Part shown: positions 34,886 to 46,568 of the stretch, in pieces | Numbering within the stretch: position 1 is the first letter of the stretch | Layout of the letters: the number at the start of each line of letters is the position of its first letter | Assembly: GCA_964019335.1 (NCBI GenBank) | Contig: OZ025657.1 | Location: 434,001 to 498,000 of the forward strand | DNA: 64,000 bases | Origin: Diplonema japonicum | Lineage: Eukaryota > Protista > Euglenozoa: Diplonemea | Reading direction: 5' to 3' | Notes under the pieces: generated by a model | Seen by the model: the letters and a program-made list of their open reading frames with translations, nothing else | The model's database searches: none | What the model was told of the DNA's origin: nothing | Program-made: the position numbers and the translations under genes

Positions 34886-35842
34886 GTTAGTCCGTGTGGT
34901 CCGTCCTCCAATACAGCGCAGGGAGTCGACGTGCTCCACTCGCGTCTCCAAGAATGCCGTCCCCTGCCTTCGGGGTGCAGGTCTCAGTACATGCCACAGC
35001 CTCTTTGCTTTGACACCCAGGTCCTCCACCTTGCCTACTATACCGCGGTCGGGGGGAAAAAAAAGAAAAAAAAAATGAATGTTGAGTGAAGGGGGAGAAC
35101 GAAGAAAAAGAAAAGGAGAGAAAAAAAATATGGGGGATCAGCAACGGGCAATTAAATAAATAAATAAACGAGCGGAAAGAGCTTTCTGTGAATTTCAGAG
35201 AAAAAAAAAGGGGGGTCTTTTTCTTCTTGCCCCTCATGCTACATTTCATGATGAGCCCTAATCAGGCACAGAGAAATCTTTGGTGGTAGAACGGTGAGGT
35301 GGGAAAAAAGCTGGTAATTTGTGGGTTAAAGGAAACGGTGGGGAAAGGTTTTTTTTGGTAAGTGGACTGTGAATAGCGCCCCCCCCCCCCCCCCCCCAAA
35401 AAAAAAGGTGGAATCTGTGTGGTTTTAAACCACAAAGTAAAGCTGCAGCTAATTTTATTTTTTTTTTTGTTCTCGCCTTCCGCAGGTTGCATAAGATAAT
35501 AAAATCGTATTTTTAGAACCGTTGTTTTAAGAAGACAAAAAAAAAACCCCCCCCAAGAACCAATAAAAATTTGATAAATTTCGGCGGCCCCTTTTTTTTT
35601 TTTTCCCTTGCGTAAACAAGAATAATTCAAATTAACGAATGCCCTAAAAAGGGGAAGGGGGTATGGTCAGTACTAGGCATCTCTCAGTTTCGGACATATC
35701 TCGCGACTCCTCCAGGTGCTGTCCTCATCAGGCGAGAGGCACCCTTCAATGGCTCCTTTTAGCGTCCCAGCAGGTTGGAGAGTACTTTTCCCGACCGAAA
35801 CAATAATTGTAAATGAATTGTTAGTGTGTAATGTTAAAAAAA

Positions 35843-36168
35843 AAAAAGTTGTCTCGATTTTAGTGGTGCCATGCAGTATGTGACACAGCGGCCACCCTTG
35901 TGAAACTTCGCCCCGAAGGCCCTCCCAAGTCCCCTGTGGTCCCGTAGAAAGTAAAAGTGGAGAGGTAAAGAAAGCTTGGAAATTGAAATAGGGAGAGGGG
36001 CCACAGAAGCAATTAAACACCAACTAGAGAGTTGTGGGAGGCTTGCTTCACTGGCACGATGCCGCGGGGAGGCTACTTGCCTGACCTGGTGAAGCCACCT
36101 CCTTGTTCGATGTAATGGGATAAGGGACTCTCCGTTGAGGGCGATGCTAACTGGCGCCACGCGTAGGG
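35843..36168. repeat. Dispersed non-coding repeat (longer copy of 5385-5598) inside a complex-sequence island of about 35650-36300
   Basis: Colinear homology with 5385-5598. Bounded on the left by an A12 run. Confidence 0.7.
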
Positions 36169-36506
36169 TGGGCTCTCCACCCCCGTCCAGGTTTCCCCAC
36201 GTGTACGGCTTTAGAACGAGAGTTTCCCTTTCGCTTGTGTTTCTCCAAACCACAATTACCAGGAACCACCACAGGGAGGTTGGAAACATTGGTCCCCGAA
36301 AAAAGAAAGAAAAAAAAAGAGTCGAATAAACAACAAAATCCGCCAACTCTTTTTTTTTTTTCCCCTTCAACTAGCACTTTTCGAATTGTATGGTATTTTT
36401 TTTTTTTTTTTTTGTAAAAAAAGAGAGGGGGAACAAAACAAAAAAACAAAAAAAAAACAAAACAATTTTTTTCTGGAAAGAAAAAAAAGGGGGGGGGGAG
36501 GGAGCG

Positions 36507-38732
36507 TTAACTAACCTCACTCTTCAACCTGCGGCTCGGCAGGCTCGCCCGCGGTGTCACAGGTTCTATAAACAAGGACGATTGGCGCACAGGTGTCAAG
36601 AAAGTACTATTACTGTTGTTGCTTTCATCAGCAAGCCGCTCCACCGAACCCGTCGAAGCGGCAGAACTATGCCTCGCAGGGTACTTACTTTGGAGAGGAA
36701 GCTGTCGATGCGTAGAAGAATGGTGGAGGGTCGTGCGGGACGAAGAAAACCTATACACAGAACAACTGCTGCCTTTCCCACTCCTACTGCTACTTCTAGA
36801 AGAAGACCGGTCACCGTCAGAATCTATGGAAATACTAGGTGACGAGGGGCTGAAAAGGAAAGCACCAACTTGTTCCCCATTTCTTGTAGACATAAACTCG
36901 CTAACAGAATCCTCAGTACTACCAGAACTGCATGTGGTGTATCTATCTGAGGTCCGCACACAGAATTCCTCATCAAGAGATTCAATAACGTTTTCCCCCA
37001 GTGAAGTTCGGTGTTCGATTCTTCTTACCAATCGTTTCTCGAAATTCTCGAAGTGTTTTGCAAGATCTTCATGCCGGTGTATAGCAGCTTGGAACGACTG
37101 CCTTGTCAACAAGAATACAGTAGAACATTCGTTTGTCACCACCGCAGTCAAACGTTTTACTTCAGCCATCAACGCTACCTCTCCATAATTATCACCTGGT
37201 TTCAAGATTCGAACTGTGTTGCCTGTTTCGTCGACTACAGAAAGTTCCCCCGACCACACGAACATCATTTCACTACAGCGTTGTCCTATCGATACTATTT
37301 CCAACCCTGGGAGGAACACCTTCGGGACGAGCGATGTTTTTAAATCCATCACGATTTGTTTCGATTCAATCCCCTTGAACATCGGCATTTTCGACAACAG
37401 ATCCAGCCCGACATGATGGTTGACCTGACTCAAGAGTGATGGCGGAAGATCATTTAAAATATTGTTCGTTCCGATTCGGCCAGAAACCTTAAACACGTGT
37501 CGGTAGTAAGCACGGACTTCTGTTCGAAAATCCTGCGGAAGCTTGTGCCGTTTCAAACATGTTGTCACTTCGTCCAATTTCAACCGAAGCCGTTCCCTCG
37601 GGTTCTGATCCGCAACGTGCATCACAAACGATGAAACGGACGCCAACAATGTAGTGTACACACACAACCCCATCATCGCCACAACCAGCATAAAAATAAC
37701 CTGGTAGTCCGTTACGGGGAACTTACACGTCACACCAAATCCCACCATGTGTTTCAAAGACCATTCCACACCCTTCAGATACATTGTAAATGTGTCAAAC
37801 TGTGCAAAAACATCATCCGTTGAAGCAGCCAATGGTACCCTATCTGGAGGGAACTCCGCGTCATGTTTCAAGGCGTAGTACCACATACAGGATGTTAAAT
37901 GGACAAGCCACATACATACAACAACTTGTGTTGCTGCGTGAACACCGTACGGAGACAACATTCTACACACGTAAGGCGACGCGCTTAGCTTCTCTATCAC
38001 GAATTGCACACCGAAAGGGTACAGCTTGAAAAGACGGACAAACGGATTCCCCGAAAACACAAACCAACACAAAAACGACGTTGGCAGCATACAAACACAC
38101 TCTTGAAAGAAACCATTGTTGAAATAATGCTGTGAAGTGATCCGAGTTTGTGTGACACGCATTCCCATTTGCTCATAAGGCTTCACAAAGCTTATTAAGA
38201 GAAGTAACACTTGTATGATATCGAGTGTTAGTTCAAGTACCATCCAACCTTTGCTGCCTTCAAAGTTCATGCTTAGCCGATACGGTATTATGAGTCCATT
38301 AATTATGTGAATTGTGAATGATATTAGGAGCAATGTGACATCGATGGTGTCAACGGAAACCTCGCCGAAAATACGCTCGAAGAAGCCTTGGTTGGCCCTT
38401 TTTACAATGTTCTCCCCGCCCATCAACTTTAGAACTCTGTTCTTCTGCGTCTGCCGCAGTACTACGTTCTTAAAGCGGAACATAGCGGGGCGCTCCTGTG
38501 CCAGGGCCGCTTCCGAGTTGTCCTTTATCTTTATTGTCTCGTTTTTTTTCGAGACCTCAGTTCTTTTTGGCGCCTTCCAACTCATGTGCTTGCTCCCCTC
38601 AAGCATATCCATTGCATTGGTCCTCGGACTACTCGGGGAGCTCAACCCCAGCTCCACTGTCGCATCTATTTCTGACGCATGTGAATCAAGGCTGCATTCC
38701 ACAGTCATAGCAGGGATAACAACATCTTGCAT
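36507..38732 (-). CDS. Cyclic-nucleotide-binding ion channel (CNG/HCN/KCNH superfamily), 741 aa
   Basis: Several TM helices, pore-like EWSLKHMVGFG...FPVT, C-linker (HKLPQDFRTEVRAYYRH, DLPPSL) and CNBD GDNYGEVALMAEVKRLTAV. Confidence 0.88.
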   Translation of the reverse strand: MQDVVIPAMTVECSLDSHASEIDATVELGLSSPSSPRTNAMDMLEGSKHMSWKAPKRTEVSKKNETIKIKDNSEAALAQERPAMFRFKNVVLRQTQKNRVLKLMGGENIVKRANQGFFERIFGEVSVDTIDVTLLLISFTIHIINGLIIPYRLSMNFEGSKGWMVLELTLDIIQVLLLLISFVKPYEQMGMRVTQTRITSQHYFNNGFFQECVCMLPTSFLCWFVFSGNPFVRLFKLYPFGVQFVIEKLSASPYVCRMLSPYGVHAATQVVVCMWLVHLTSCMWYYALKHDAEFPPDRVPLAASTDDVFAQFDTFTMYLKGVEWSLKHMVGFGVTCKFPVTDYQVIFMLVVAMMGLCVYTTLLASVSSFVMHVADQNPRERLRLKLDEVTTCLKRHKLPQDFRTEVRAYYRHVFKVSGRIGTNNILNDLPPSLLSQVNHHVGLDLLSKMPMFKGIESKQIVMDLKTSLVPKVFLPGLEIVSIGQRCSEMMFVWSGELSVVDETGNTVRILKPGDNYGEVALMAEVKRLTAVVTNECSTVFLLTRQSFQAAIHRHEDLAKHFENFEKRLVRRIEHRTSLGENVIESLDEEFCVRTSDRYTTCSSGSTEDSVSEFMSTRNGEQVGAFLFSPSSPSISIDSDGDRSSSRSSSRSGKGSSCSVYRFSSSRTTLHHSSTHRQLPLQSKYPARHSSAASTGSVERLADESNNSNSTFLTPVRQSSLFIEPVTPRASLPSRRLKSEVS

Positions 38733-38902
38733 CTTTTTTTTTTTTTTTTTTTTGTTTCCCTTCTCCTCCCTCCTTTATGAGTCAGCGAGAAATGGAACAC
38801 TTTTTTTTTTCTTTCTTTTCTTTCTTTTTTTTTTTCTTCCGGAAAGAACGCGTCTCCTTTGTAAAAAGAAGACCAAAAAAAAACTCCCCCCCCCCCCCCA
38901 TT

Positions 38903-40498
38903 CTACAACGGCAGCGCATTTGCCTTCATTCTACCCCCTTTGTACCGGTTAATCTGTGACAATTTGTACTTCCCCGGAGACACTGCAGCTGGGCGGGTAC
39001 TGATGTGATTCTTCATAGTTTGCAACGCTACTGTGGTGTGCGATCTTTTAACGGTAGTGACCGGCTTCAGGACGTGGTCTGAGGGAAGGGTGGGTGGGGT
39101 ACGCGTTGCAAAGGTACGACCCAACCGGTGAGCCAGTGCGAGAGTGGCTTGGAAATCAGACGGATCGGGGGCAGAGGCTGTTTCGCTCTGCGGGCTTGGC
39201 GGCTCCACCGCGTCGTTCGTTGCGATGAAATTATTGAAGTTAAGCGCCTGCCCTCTGTCGATATCATTCGACCTCCCCAACAGCTTAGTTTGCAGGTCTT
39301 GAATCTGCGTGTTTAAATACATGGTGTTTTCTTCTAAGACCCTGGCACGCTGTGTTTTCTTCGACAGTTCTTCCACTGCAATTCGTTTCTCCTCATCGAC
39401 CATCACGCATTGGTTCAAGCCGCGACGGTACGACTCTTCCAGGGTTTGTAGATAATTGTGGATTTCCTTCACATTTGAGAAGTCGGTGACGGGGGTCGGC
39501 ACGGCGCTGGACTTTCCCTTCTCCCGAAGACAGCGGAAAATAAGTTGCGTCCTGTGCGCTTGTCCGAGATCGTCGGTTTTGATCAGATCAGGTTCCCTCA
39601 TTACCATGGCGTGGATCTTGGGGTCTGGCAATGCTTGGAGGACGTCGGAGGGAAGCTGTTTGACAATCTGGCACAGCATGATGGACCCGTAGTGCACTGT
39701 CAGCTCGTCCTCCGCGGTCCAACGTGAACTGTTTTGCTTGTTCGTGAACTCCAGAATGCCGATCGGTGTTTTTTGCGTCGACGACACCAACGGGAAGGCA
39801 ATGAAGTTCTTTGTTTCGTGCCCGAACTGCTGGTCCGCCGACCGGAACAGCGGCCGTATATCCGTCGTGATCTCCGCAATGTTGAAGGCGACTGTTGAGG
39901 TGAAAACCGACCCCTGCGCACCAGCGTGCGACGGAAGAACAACCTGCGGACAGTTCCCCACACTGCTGATTAACCTCAACGACGATGTCACCCTATCAAA
40001 CAGGTACAGGGCACCATGTGCTGCTTCGATTTGAGCTGCCAAGGCGGTCATGTGAAGATGCAATGTGAACCCAGCTGTTCTTTTCATGTCATGGTGTTTG
40101 GTGTGACTTCGCTTTTGAACAGTGGGGGCGTTTTGAGGAGGGGCTGATGGGGTGGGGGCTGGTGGTGGCAGGGTGTCTTTCAATATCAGCGGCTGGGATT
40201 TCTCGCGGATGGCATCGATTGCTGCTATCTTCTGCTTTCTCAGCAGGACCTCTTTTTCCGACTGGCTGAGCTTCCAGTTTTGAAACATCAACAGCACCTG
40301 GTCCTCGAAGCGTTTCGCCACGTTTTGTACGCCCTTCGCCACCCTCTCCCCCAGAACACCGTCGATCTCACCCACTTCCCTTGCCAACCTTGTCAAGTCA
40401 GTAATCTCCTGCATAACACTTTCTGTAAACGGTTGGAAGAGTGCATTCTCTGCCTGCGGAGTATCGGGTTCCTCGGAGGATTCGTCATTCTCCTCCAT
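38903..40498 (-). CDS. GAF-domain coiled-coil protein (531 aa), no catalytic domain seen
   Basis: PDE-type GAF motifs GALYLFD, GAQGSVFT, FRSADQQFGHETKNFIAFPL, IGILEFTNK...WTAEDE, followed by a coiled coil. Confidence 0.8.
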   Translation of the reverse strand: MEENDESSEEPDTPQAENALFQPFTESVMQEITDLTRLAREVGEIDGVLGERVAKGVQNVAKRFEDQVLLMFQNWKLSQSEKEVLLRKQKIAAIDAIREKSQPLILKDTLPPPAPTPSAPPQNAPTVQKRSHTKHHDMKRTAGFTLHLHMTALAAQIEAAHGALYLFDRVTSSLRLISSVGNCPQVVLPSHAGAQGSVFTSTVAFNIAEITTDIRPLFRSADQQFGHETKNFIAFPLVSSTQKTPIGILEFTNKQNSSRWTAEDELTVHYGSIMLCQIVKQLPSDVLQALPDPKIHAMVMREPDLIKTDDLGQAHRTQLIFRCLREKGKSSAVPTPVTDFSNVKEIHNYLQTLEESYRRGLNQCVMVDEEKRIAVEELSKKTQRARVLEENTMYLNTQIQDLQTKLLGRSNDIDRGQALNFNNFIATNDAVEPPSPQSETASAPDPSDFQATLALAHRLGRTFATRTPPTLPSDHVLKPVTTVKRSHTTVALQTMKNHISTRPAAVSPGKYKLSQINRYKGGRMKANALPL

Positions 40499-40761
40499 GG
40501 TGCTTTATGTCCCTCTTCCTTTTTTCTTTGCTTCATGGGGGGGGGATTTTTTTAGAGTAAAAATATAAAATGGGGGGAAGGGGGGAAAGGGGAAAGACGA
40601 AGGGAGGGAATGGGAAGAAAAAAAAAAAAATAACAATAAGAAAAAGTAATAACAGCTGAGTTTTGGGGGAACATTTGGGGGAGAGGATGGGAAAGAAAAA
40701 AAAAACTATAGGAAAATAAAAAAAATAAACAAAAAGAGGAAATCGCTTTTGAGAAGGTGAC

Positions 40762-40808
<47 letters not shown>

Positions 40809-41558
40809 GAGAAGTGGGAAAATGTGCGAGCACATACAGTCCTCCTTCCCTCCTCTCTCTTTCCCTTCTTTTCCTCCCCTTTACCTTACTTCGGGGTTTT
40901 CTTTTCTTTTTTTTTTTTCATTCTAATTGGTTTTAAAAAAAAAAATGTGTGGAGAACACAACTACGAACACTGCCGCCTGAAGCATTTCAACATACCGTA
41001 GGGACGATGGCATACAACTAAAAAAAAAAGAAGGGAAACTACCCCCCAGGAATGTAGGGGGCGTCTTATTCGCCATCTTCTTCTTTTTTTTTTCTTCTTC
41101 TTCTTCTTCTCTCTCTTCATCTTTTTCGTCTTCCTTCTTGAATTCTTAATTTCCGTTTTTTTTTTTTTTTTTTTTTTTAGTTCAAATAAAAAGGGGAGGG
41201 TGAGCCACTTCGCTTGTTTTTTCTTCTTCATTTTTTTTTTTTTTTTGTACAACTCGGAGGATCGAAGTGTTTTTTGAAGGAAGGAAAAAAAAAGGGGGAA
41301 GGAACTGAGGGAACAGAAGGTAGGGTAGGGAATGGAGGAGGGAATAACCAACCCTACCACCGATTGGGGGGGGGGGGGGGAGAGTAAAAATAAACTTAGC
41401 TTAGCTTATGTACATTGCTGATGACCAAGGGAGAGAAGGGAAGGGGTTGCTTTCCCCCCCCCCCCCCTCCACCACCCACTGACCACAATTACGAAGGAGG
41501 TTCAACAGTTAAACCACGCACGTACCTAGTGGAAAAAAAAAAGAAAAAGAAAGGAATA

Positions 41559-41753
41559 CTATAACCAAGAAATCGAAACGGAAAAACTCTTCCCCCGAAA
41601 AATTCATGGACCAGGTGCGGGGCCCCTTGGGATTCTGAATTTTTTTTTTGCTATGATTTCACCAGACCACGTATCTTCAGGCATAGAAATATTTCAACCG
41701 AAAAAACGTTTCACTCCTAAAAATTTTTCACTTTTTTTTTCTTGGTTTTACAG
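41559..41753. mobile_element. Degenerate MITE-like element (about 195 bp) related to the pogo ends
   Basis: Left TA|CTATAACCAAGAAA and right TTTCTTGGTTTTACAG|TA form an imperfect TIR with TA on both sides. Internal acggaaaaactc motif is shared with the pogo termini. Confidence 0.45.
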
Positions 41754-43665
41754 TAATCAAAAAAAAATATAAACCCTCTTTTTCCTCCTTTTTGCTCTTG
41801 CTTTTTACCTCTGAAGTAAGGGGGTAAAAAAGAAAATGGGAATGCCCACGTACAAGTGCTGCTTCTTTTTTTTTTTTTTTTTTTTTTACTCCCTCATTTT
41901 TTTTCTCCCCCTCTTCTCTCCACTCTCACAGAGTTGGTTTTTTTTTTTTTCTCTTTTTTTTTTTCCCTTTTTTCTTTCCTTCTCTTTCATGGTTTTCTTA
42001 CAAAAGAAAAAAAAAAAAAGAATATGGGGGAGGAGTGCGTGTGGAATAAGAAAATACAAAGAGCAAAAAAAGAAATAAAGGGGGTTTAAAAAAAAAAAAG
42101 AGAGGAGATAAACTATTTTTTTTTGACACCTCATATCAGAATTAGCCCTCTTTTTTTAAAAATCTTCTGAAAAAGGCATAATTCATGACATGTTAAGTTA
42201 GTACATAAAGACAAAACAAAGATTTGGGGGAGTTTCAGGAAACATGGACAGGGGGGGGGGGGGGGGGGGGGGGGGGGGGAAGAGGGTGCTGAGGGGAAGG
42301 GATTATTTTCTTTTTTTTCTTTTGTTTCTTTTTTTTTTAAAAGAAAAAAAGGAACTATTAAAAAAAAAATAAAAAAAAAGGACAAAAGTGCACTCAGAAG
42401 CTGCAGCTCATGTTTCCTTCTTTCTCTAGGTTCCCCCCCCCCTTTTTTTTCTTCCTTCTTCGCCTCTTTAAAACACAAAAAAAAAAATAAAGAAAAAGTA
42501 ATGCCTTTACTTCACCCTTCCCTCTTCCCCATAAGGGCATACTTAAAGGTAAAATAGCTATTTATTACCAAGCATCGATTCATAATTTAACACGAGTTTC
42601 CAGATTTTCTTTTCTTTTCCCGCACGAAGGCCCTGCAGGCCCTCGCAGGGGGAGAAAAAAAACAAAACAGGAGTTAAAAAATGGCCAGTTGCTGATAAGG
42701 AAGTAGTGGCACCTCACCCAAAGTCATGCGATTCACCCACCGCCTCTGCAGGTAGCGTTCGAAAAATTGTTCTTAAGTTAAAATATTCCAAACGCTGCCC
42801 AAAGAGGCAGGCTTTTGTAGAGCGAACGAAGAGAACCATGGGCGAAATGATATTTTGAAAAAAAGAAGAAGAAAATAGGGAAAACCAGAAAGAATAGAAA
42901 GAGAGGATATGATATTAAAAAAAAAGAAAAGAAGGAAAAAAAAAAAAGAAAAAAAAAACGTATTGCCTCTAAAATTTTTTATCAGTTGCCTCTCGATGCC
43001 TCCCTACCCTGAACAATTCCCCCCGCCGAGAAAAACACCGTTCACGGTAAAAAAGCAAAAGATTTTAACGCCTCTTCTTTGACTTTTTTTTTTTTTTTTT
43101 GGACATGGAAATAGCCTTTTTTCCCCCAAAAATTCTTTTTAGAGCAAAAAAAAAAAAAAAAAAAAAAAAGAGAGACATTTAAGGGTACCTGCGGTGTGGC
43201 AGAAATGTTATTTCCCTTCACCGTGAACAATTTTTTCCCCCTTTCTTTTTGTTTCCTTTTTTTTTTTTTTTTTTTTTTTTTTTTCCATTTTTTTTTTTTA
43301 TACAGCCCACTCCTCTTCTTCGTAAGAATTGGTAGTATTCTTCTTTTTTCCATTTTTTTGTCTTTTTTTTGTGGAGTTTCTTTTTTTTTTTTCTTCTTCT
43401 TTTTTTTTTTTTTTTTTTCAATAACAGTCTAAGAAATTGGGAGGAGGGAATAGGGGAGGGTCAATGATGGGGGAATAAATCCTAAATCCAAAAACAGGGC
43501 CGGGGAATTCACCAGAATACTCTATCTGACCCGACATGGCTTGAAGTTGTACTTTTCCTACCGCCATCTATCTCTGCCCATGCCCGATCGCCCAAATGTC
43601 TTTACGCAAAATATAATATTTATTCTCCTTTTTAAGGCCCATCTGACCCCTCCGGGGAGGGTTCT

Positions 43666-45428
43666 CTAATGAGCAAACTCGGGCTGCGCAGAGAAAGTCC
43701 CCGGCGAGCAAGGCCTAAGCCCTGAATGGCGGTTCCCGTACCTGGCACGGGTCAGCACTGGTACAGTTTTCGATTTCGCGAGTTTCTTCCCTTTAGGCGA
43801 TGTCGATGGGTTCCGAAGGGCGTCCTTCCTTGCGGCCCTCTTGGCACTGTGAGAGGGAAGCCCTTTGGTCTGCACTGCAGCCTTCCCTTCACCAGCAGAT
43901 GTCCGGAACTCCTTCTCGAAGGAAGGCATCGTGTTAACGTCCAACCCCTTGAGCTTCGAGGCCCCGAGTTCATTGATCAGATCTGATCCCTTATTTTATT
44001 TATTTATTTATTTTTTTTAAATTTCTCGTATACCTTTTCCCAACTGTCTCTCAGGTCCCTGCTGCTTTTCACAAAAGCTTTGTATTCGGAAAACAATTTG
44101 TCGCCACACCAGCTCATCTCGCTTCTATCTTCACCGGATTCAAGGAAGTCATCGTCTGTGCTCATTGTGGTTGTAGTCGCCAAAGTTTCGGTGTCGGTGT
44201 CAGTGAGAATGTCCTCGATGATAGGCGGAGGGGGGCGCCATGCACTCTTCGGCCTCTTTTTACTCTCCTTCTCGTCGATAAAGGTACTCGGCGGGACCTT
44301 AGTTGTCGCTGAAAGACGGGGCGGGGTGGTAGAGGGCCTGTTGAATGATGACCCACGCATGGAGGACGCTCTACCAAATTTCAAGTTAGGTGGAGATGTG
44401 GTCAATGGGGAGTTAAGGGTAGCTGATAGAAATGACAGTCTTGGTGGAGGTTCCTCCTCACTCGGGCGCCTTGCGGACCCGTACAGCATGTCGTCGAAGG
44501 CGTCCTGTAGCAACTCGTCGTTCTGCCTTGGGGGTGTGCTTGGGATGTCGATTCTCAAACCGGCTTTTTTGCACTTTTCTTCTGTTAGCAGGCCTCGGAT
44601 GACGTCGCCGGCTTCCCTCCAGTATCCGATCACTTTTTCCTCGAACTTCGCCCTTTGCATCATCTCGTTGATTTGTAGGAACACCGCGACTTCTATGGCA
44701 CCGCGCTTTCTTTGTTCCTTCATGATGATCGCTTCAAGCTGCGCTGCGATCTTCTGCTTCGCGGTTTCTGATTTCCTTGCCTTTGCCTCTTGCTTTTCCT
44801 TCTCCTTCTTTTTGTTTTTGAATTTCCGAAGGGAGTCGAGCCGTTTTCTTTCCAGCTCGTGCACGCGGTCTTTTGTGGCGGCGTTCTGGAAGATGTTACC
44901 TGTTCTGCGCCATTTCAGGCAGTTCAGCGATGCGGAGGTTTCGGTGTAAAACTGTTGAAACGCTCCAAGGCGGGAAGGGAGCGAACAACCGTTTTTCCAC
45001 CACCACACAGCACTCTCAGTAATACCAAGAATAACACCTGTATCACCTGACACCACCACATGGTCACCGTGTTTTAAGGAGCAAGGGAACACCGACGGGT
45101 CGATGTCGAAGGTACGCACCATCCCATCCAAGCATTCCGACACGAAGGCTTGCTTCACTCTGCCTGTCGGTCTTACCTCGTTCTGTTTGAACACCGGTTT
45201 GCTCCCCGCAACTGGTTTGTCCAGCTCTTGGTTGTACTTGCTCCGGCTTCCACTGTCGGCGAGGACTTCGTACGCACACGCTACCCTCTTAAACATCTCT
45301 TCGCTCCCATCGCCGCCTCTGTCAGGGTGGTACTTCAACGCCAGCTGCTTGTACGCTCTTTTAATGTCGTCAACATCAGCCGAACGCTGCACCCCGAGCA
45401 CCGTGTAGTGGTTATCTATCGGCGGCAT
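43666..45428 (-). CDS. J-domain (DnaJ) protein, about 572 aa, 2 exons (intron 43990-44033)
   Basis: N-terminal J domain with HPD (IKRAYKQLALKYHPDR). A 44-nt GTATAC...AATAAG intron joins DSWEK|GSDLINELG in frame with the 43666 ORF. Confidence 0.85.
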
Positions 45429-45488
45429 TTATTATTATTATTTTTTTTTAAAAAAAAATTTTTCCCCCTTCTTTCCTCCCTCCTTTTC

Positions 45489-45523
<35 letters not shown>

Positions 45524-45580
45524 GAAACAAAAACTTTTTTTGGGGGAAAAAAAAAAAAAAAACTATTTACAACCATTTTC

Positions 45581-45617
<37 letters not shown>

Positions 45618-45623
45618 CATTTG

Positions 45624-46568
45624 TCAAGCGTGGATGTCGAGGACACCGCAGTCGGTCACCGTGATGGGTAACGTTGGGGTTTGGTTTGGTTTTGTGGGGA
45701 CCTGGTGGATGGCTTTGATGTGTGCGAGGCCGACGATGACGCGGCCAAACGCGACGTACTTCCTGTCCATCCACTTGTTCCGTCCAAGCGTCACGTAAAA
45801 CTGCGACCCGTTCGTGTGCGGGCCATCGTTCGCCATGCCGAGAATCCCCTCCTCACTGTTGCTCAGCGTGAAGCATTCGTCGGGAAAAGTTGGCCCGTAA
45901 ATAGACACCCCACCAGTACCCGCCTTCATTGTGCCCGGGTTTGAGACGTCACCTCCTTGAAGCCATCCATCTTTGACAATTCGGAAAATTGCAGTTCCCT
46001 TGTAATGCGGTTTAACAAGTTTTCCAGTCCTGTCATTGAGATTTCCAAGATTTCCTTGGCAAAGACGCCTGAAATTTTCCACGGTTTTGGGGCAGAGTGA
46101 GGAGTAAAGCTGGAACACAACACGCTCTGTTTTTTCTTCATCCTCGTAATCAATTTTGATGTCCAACCATGTGAATGCATCTCCAGTTGATCTGAGGTAG
46201 TTTAAGTACGATTGCTTCGCAAGGCTTCTGTACGAATCCGGGTCGCTTTCCGGAACGTCAAATAATTTAAAATCCGTTTGTTTCTCAACATATTTTACGA
46301 AGTCCGTGCCGCCCCATAGGGCTTCGAAATCGTCTGTGAAAACCACACACTTTGCCCGCGCTACCACATCCCGGACCTCACCGGCGTGAGCTTCCATAAC
46401 ATTTCTCTGCCATTTCTCAAAGTCAACTGGCATCGTCTTTATCTCTTCAAAGCTGTACTCCCCACTTCTGACATCTGCTAGATATTTACCCGCCTCATAA
46501 ACCTGTCTGTACTGAGCCGAGTCCATCACCCCAGTCAGCTTGAGTTGCACCTTACTATTTCCGACCAT
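45624..46568 (-). CDS. PPIL6: PPIL6-like (RSP12-type) cyclophilin, 314 aa
   Basis: N-terminal extension plus cyclophilin domain CPKTVENFRRLC, YKGTAIFRIVKDGWLQGGD, GILGMANDGPHTNGSQFYVTL and WMDRKYVAFG (His>Tyr, as in PPIL6). Confidence 0.8.
   Translation of the reverse strand: MVGNSKVQLKLTGVMDSAQYRQVYEAGKYLADVRSGEYSFEEIKTMPVDFEKWQRNVMEAHAGEVRDVVARAKCVVFTDDFEALWGGTDFVKYVEKQTDFKLFDVPESDPDSYRSLAKQSYLNYLRSTGDAFTWLDIKIDYEDEEKTERVVFQLYSSLCPKTVENFRRLCQGNLGNLNDRTGKLVKPHYKGTAIFRIVKDGWLQGGDVSNPGTMKAGTGGVSIYGPTFPDECFTLSNSEEGILGMANDGPHTNGSQFYVTLGRNKWMDRKYVAFGRVIVGLAHIKAIHQVPTKPNQTPTLPITVTDCGVLDIHA

Noticed and set aside
34760-35050. Coding-like sequence upstream of the TPR-TLDc start
   Set aside because: No convincing ATG or splice path into the gene. 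Treated as UTR or relic.
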